IMG/VR virus record: IMGVR_UViG_3300047159_000056
Coordinates: 32,001 to 96,000 of that record
Reading direction: 5' to 3' (one strand)
Origin: a virus
Taxonomy: Duplodnaviria > Caudoviricetes
DNA length: 64,000 bases
The notes under the pieces were generated by a model. That model was not told where the DNA came from. It saw nothing but the letters and a program-made list of their open reading frames with translations, and did not search any database. Positions 60,101 through 64,000 of this stretch are shown piece by piece (position 1 is the stretch's first letter; each line of letters opens with the position of its first letter). Position numbers and translations under genes: made by a program.

Positions 60101-63100
60101 CCAAATTATAAAATTGTATATCTGTTATTCTATTAATTCTACTTATTCTGCAGACTCTAAGATATTTAAATTTAACCAGATCTACTTTTCCCTCTGCTGT
60201 ATTTGAATCACCTATCTTAAGAGCACATGTAGAATATGTATTACAATCATCTATGAACAATTGAGTTAAGTGATCTCCTTTTACTACAGTGCTTGAGCCT
60301 GATACTGTTTCGTCTGGTTCTGAGATATATATTGTCTGTAGTTTTGGGCAGTCATTTATATAAACCTGAGAGAAACCAGAGATACTAAGGTCTGTTATAG
60401 TATTATCATGTTCAATGCAGAATCTAGATTTTCCATATAATAATCCATCTGAGCCTGTATATTCGGAATTAGTATTATTTGCAACGACTAGGCTACTAAT
60501 TGCACTATATTCAAATACAAGACCCCCACTAGTATTATCTGTACTACTAGTTGTACAGAGAGCTATAGGAACGGGTCTTATATCAAGTTTAGATAGGGTT
60601 GTACTAGGAGAATCAGAAGAACCAGAACCAGTTGTAATAGTAGATAGTTCATAACAGTTTGCTACAGTTACACTACCGCCCTTCATATAAGATATATTTA
60701 GGCTACCAAATGTTGATTCTTTTAATTCGACAGATAGGGCAGTCTTAGATATATTTACAGATTGAAGGTTAGGGAATTTTGAACCAGTAATTGAGTCATT
60801 TCCCGTAAAGCTACCAGTATAATTTGAACCAGTTAGAGTGAGTTCTCGTAGTGATGGCATACTAATATCAGAGCCACTAACAGACATAGATCTACTGTCA
60901 GTACCAGAAAGTGTCTGTAAGTATTTAGAATTTACTCTAAGAACTTTAAAGGCAAAACTATTGATACTATCTAGGTATGTCCATTCACTACTACCTCCGA
61001 ATCTATAAGTTTGTGTACCATTGATCTGAACAGTTACATTATATTTAGTGTCTCCACCACCAAATAGGTATCTGTGAGTCTCAGTAGGTGTTGTTATAAA
61101 TAGAGGAGAGTATTCCTTGGTCTTAATATTAATATTTAGATTACTACTACCTTGGTTATTATCGTTACCCGAGAATATATCCTGGAGTACAATGATATCA
61201 GTATTATTATCGAGCGCATATGTACTAGTTACTGTATCTGTAGAAGGTTCAGTTAAGTAAGATATGCTTTCTCCACTACCAGAAGTAACATCGGTATAAA
61301 CATTATCCGAGTTATAATATCTGATTGTACTAGTTTTATTTGGTATATTAAAGTAGGCATCAAGAATATGGAAACGACCTCTTAACCAGTCTGTTACTTT
61401 AGCTACACGGGTTCCATTAAATTTCTGGAAGTTAGTAGAGTTAAAAGAGTTTTCAGTTCCATTAATTATGAAGTACTTATTTCTATAGTTCATATTAATA
61501 AGTGGTATTTCCACATATTTCAAGTTATTCAAGAAATAGTTATTCATAAATTTCTCAGCACTACTTAAGCAACCTAAGGAAACATCGTCTGCACTTGAAT
61601 TAGATGATCTCCATTTTGCCCATAATACCTTTGGCCATGTTGAATCTATGATATCTTTATTTGTTACACCTGGTTCATAAGCTGCATACTTAGGAATTGC
61701 AAAGATATAAGAACTTGGTGTATCATAGAAGTCACCACTAGCTATAGATGTTCCACTTGTAACAGAACCAGCCTTTGGTGAGTAGTCCCTATATATTACA
61801 ATAGAGGTAGGAACAACAGTACCATCACTTAGTTTATTAGTTTCATCATAGCTCCAATAGTCTGAAAAGGCAAAGTAAGATACATCATAACCAGCATTAT
61901 TAATTCCCAAACTGGTATCCATATCATAGAACGCAGCATAGAATTTTCCATAGCCTGTATTTGTATTAGCGGTCCATGTCTTGATATTCATATTTTTCTG
62001 AACAGAGTCAACAAGACCAAATGCCATACAGATTGTGTAATATTCACTAATACTCTTAAAATCTAGCCAAGCATCTACATTATTAGCAGGATCTCCAACT
62101 AATATCTTTAAGTCAGATAATTTGAGCAGCACTTTGTTGAGCACCAGGAGTATAAGTAGCAATTTCATTAGGCATAGTTTTTACAAACTGGTATCTATAA
62201 TTTGGTACTTGGTTAGCTGGTACTGTTACACCGTTTATTACCCTAGTAGCATTATAACCACCATTGTCTCCACTATATCCATAATAATCTGTTGCGCTTG
62301 TACTAAATGATTTCTTTAAGAGAGAGTCACCAAATAGATAGCCTCCTCCTAGTGAAACTTTCTTTACAAAATTCTGGATAACTGATTTAGCTTGAGCTTC
62401 AGATATATTAGAACCAGTTACAAAGTCTCCAAACATATAAGACTCACTATTAAAACCATAAGAGTTATAAAGTATTGTCTTATCCCATTGTGAGAAATCG
62501 AAGTAGTTACTATTATTTTGAACCTCTGCTACAATTATATTATTCTTAAGAGAGTTATCATTTTTATTTACACTATAGAAGGTAAAAGGAACATTATCTG
62601 TACCTGCATCTTTTATTAGTGATGTTGTATTAGTTGAATCGCAGAATACCTTACAATCAATATATCCCAAGTTGTAGAAAGATTCACGACCCAAGTTAAA
62701 GTTATATACTCCCTGATAATAGTTTGTATAAGTTGTATCTCCCGTTGTGCTATCTTTCTGAGCCAATCTGATATAAACTACCATAGGAAATCCCTCTAGA
62801 CAGTTCTTTATATAAGATGCAAGAGGTCCTGTTGTTTTAGTATCAAAGTCAGAAGAAACTCTATTAACAAACTTACCAATTGAGGTATTATTTGAGTGTG
62901 AAGAGTCTACAACATCGGCTTTAAGGGTAAATGATTGTTCAGGTAAGAAGGTATTTTTATCTGTACTCTTATAGTTAGGAGAGAACAAATATACTGGTGC
63001 CTCATCATTTGTATTAGAGTTATTCAGAGTTAAGGTATAGTTTTTACACTTATAGGATCTTGTTGATGTACCTTGAACCTTCATTGTAAAGTAACCATCT

Positions 63101-64000
63101 GAATAAGGTGCAGTAATTTCAGCTAGTTCGCCACCATTTCCTGTAGCCCACTGTAGAGTAGTCTTATATTCATAGGAACTGAGTCATTTTCTCCATATCC
63201 CTTATCAAGAGCAGCTTTTGCAGTTTTATCGTCATCTTGAATAGTCATAACAAGAGTAGGAACAACTAGTTTTGTTGCTATATTCTTAACAGTGCCATCA
63301 TCACAAGTTACAGTACCATTATTATCTACTCTAACACTACTACAATTAGTTAGGATACCCTTTTCATTATCAGATATAGCTTCGGCTCTTAAGGCATTTT
63401 TAAACTTTAGATAGTATTGAAAGATATTTAAGTCTTCTGTCATACTATCTGTAGTTACTGTCTCTACACCATTAACTGTTTCTTTTCTAAATACGGTATC
63501 TGGGTAACTAATTTCTAGCAGATTAAATACAGTATTGCTACTTTCTATTACAAGTTTATCAAGGATTAAGCTCAAGGTAGAATATGAAGAATATGATCCC
63601 TCAATTATACCATCAACATAAACCATAATCTCGTAATAAGAACTAGTACCCTCTGTTTTAATTTGTCTTGATACTATATTTAGGAGGTGAAATTCGTTCT
63701 GATGATTATAATTTTCCTGAAGAGTTTTTGGAAGATAATACTTAATACTAATATCATTTCCAATTTTTACGGTTCCTTGTGTAATAGTAAGTTTCTTCTC
63801 TGATACTGTACCTGTTGTCTTATAACCAGTTAATATAATAGAACCACTCTGATTAGTTTCGGAATCATAAGGCTCCAAGTTTATCTCATTATATTTAAGA
63901 CCCAAAGAGATAACAGTATTGAAATTAGTTGCAGCAGAGTCAGGTACAGAAACATCGGTTATACTAAAGGCTGGTTTATTAGAAGCCTGTTGATATGGTG
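57192..64000 (-). CDS. giant virion protein with CotH-kinase-like domain and LRR-like region; runs off window, two frameshifts
   Basis: QGTST..YK.KNY, TLKADVVDSSHSNN, EGFP, YQGVYNFNLGR, DSVQKN, YDMDTSLG; ORFs 63123-64000, 62113-63084 and 57192-62168 are collinear. Confidence 0.7.

Noticed and set aside
1249-62310. Short opposite-strand ORFs in the ORF track (e.g. 1249, 2191, 10520, 32951, 46070, 52372, 53860)
   Set aside because: They are shadows nested antisense to longer genes with recognisable motifs or operon context.
12181-63123. Programmed frameshifting or phase variation at the many broken ORFs
   Set aside because: Breaks at ~12187, ~12513, ~19110 and ~21897 are single-base indels in homopolymers, and others occur in hypervariable tracts; consensus error is simpler. 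Reads are needed to exclude real slippage.
1-64000. Stop-codon recoding (TAG or TGA) as in Lak or some crAss-like phages
   Set aside because: Standard-code ORFs tile the window densely, conserved enzymes are full length, and several genes end at TAG or TGA followed by terminators or coupled starts.

Overview
AT-rich segment of a large (probably jumbo) dsDNA phage of a Bacteroidota host, read in the standard genetic code. Host inference rests on SD-less A-rich translation starts, TAnnnnTG promoters, and Bacteroides-type DGR, DUF4376 and CCA genes. Left to right: (1) a split, degenerate P-type ATPase pair, a macrodomain and IF-1; (2) an early-gene cassette region (10.1-13.8 kb) whose genes share a CCTTAnnnnTG promoter and a conserved 5' leader hairpin; (3) a probable replication origin (13.8-14.6 kb, strand-skew flip by eye) beside an SF2 helicase-like gene; (4) an array of 7 ORF-less promoter-RNA-hairpin units (16.7-17.5 kb, plus an orphan at 19.2 kb). 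Their variable 5' parts mostly read as antisense to Bacteroidota-style start-codon regions and their 3' hairpins share a conserved motif. This candidate phage sRNA guide array is the most novel-looking element; (5) nucleotide/NAD/RNA genes (pncA, nfi, GMPR-like, purA-like, cca), TelA, Hsp20 and expanded paralog families; (6) a complete DGR (target/VR-avd-TR-RT); (7) a minus-strand tail/lysis module with a 78-bp BspA/DUF285-type repeat array varying only at NNY codons, an amidase and a giant CotH-kinase-like/LRR protein. Several frameshifts in homopolymers and at hypervariable sites look like consensus errors. All calls are from reading motifs by eye; no searches were run.
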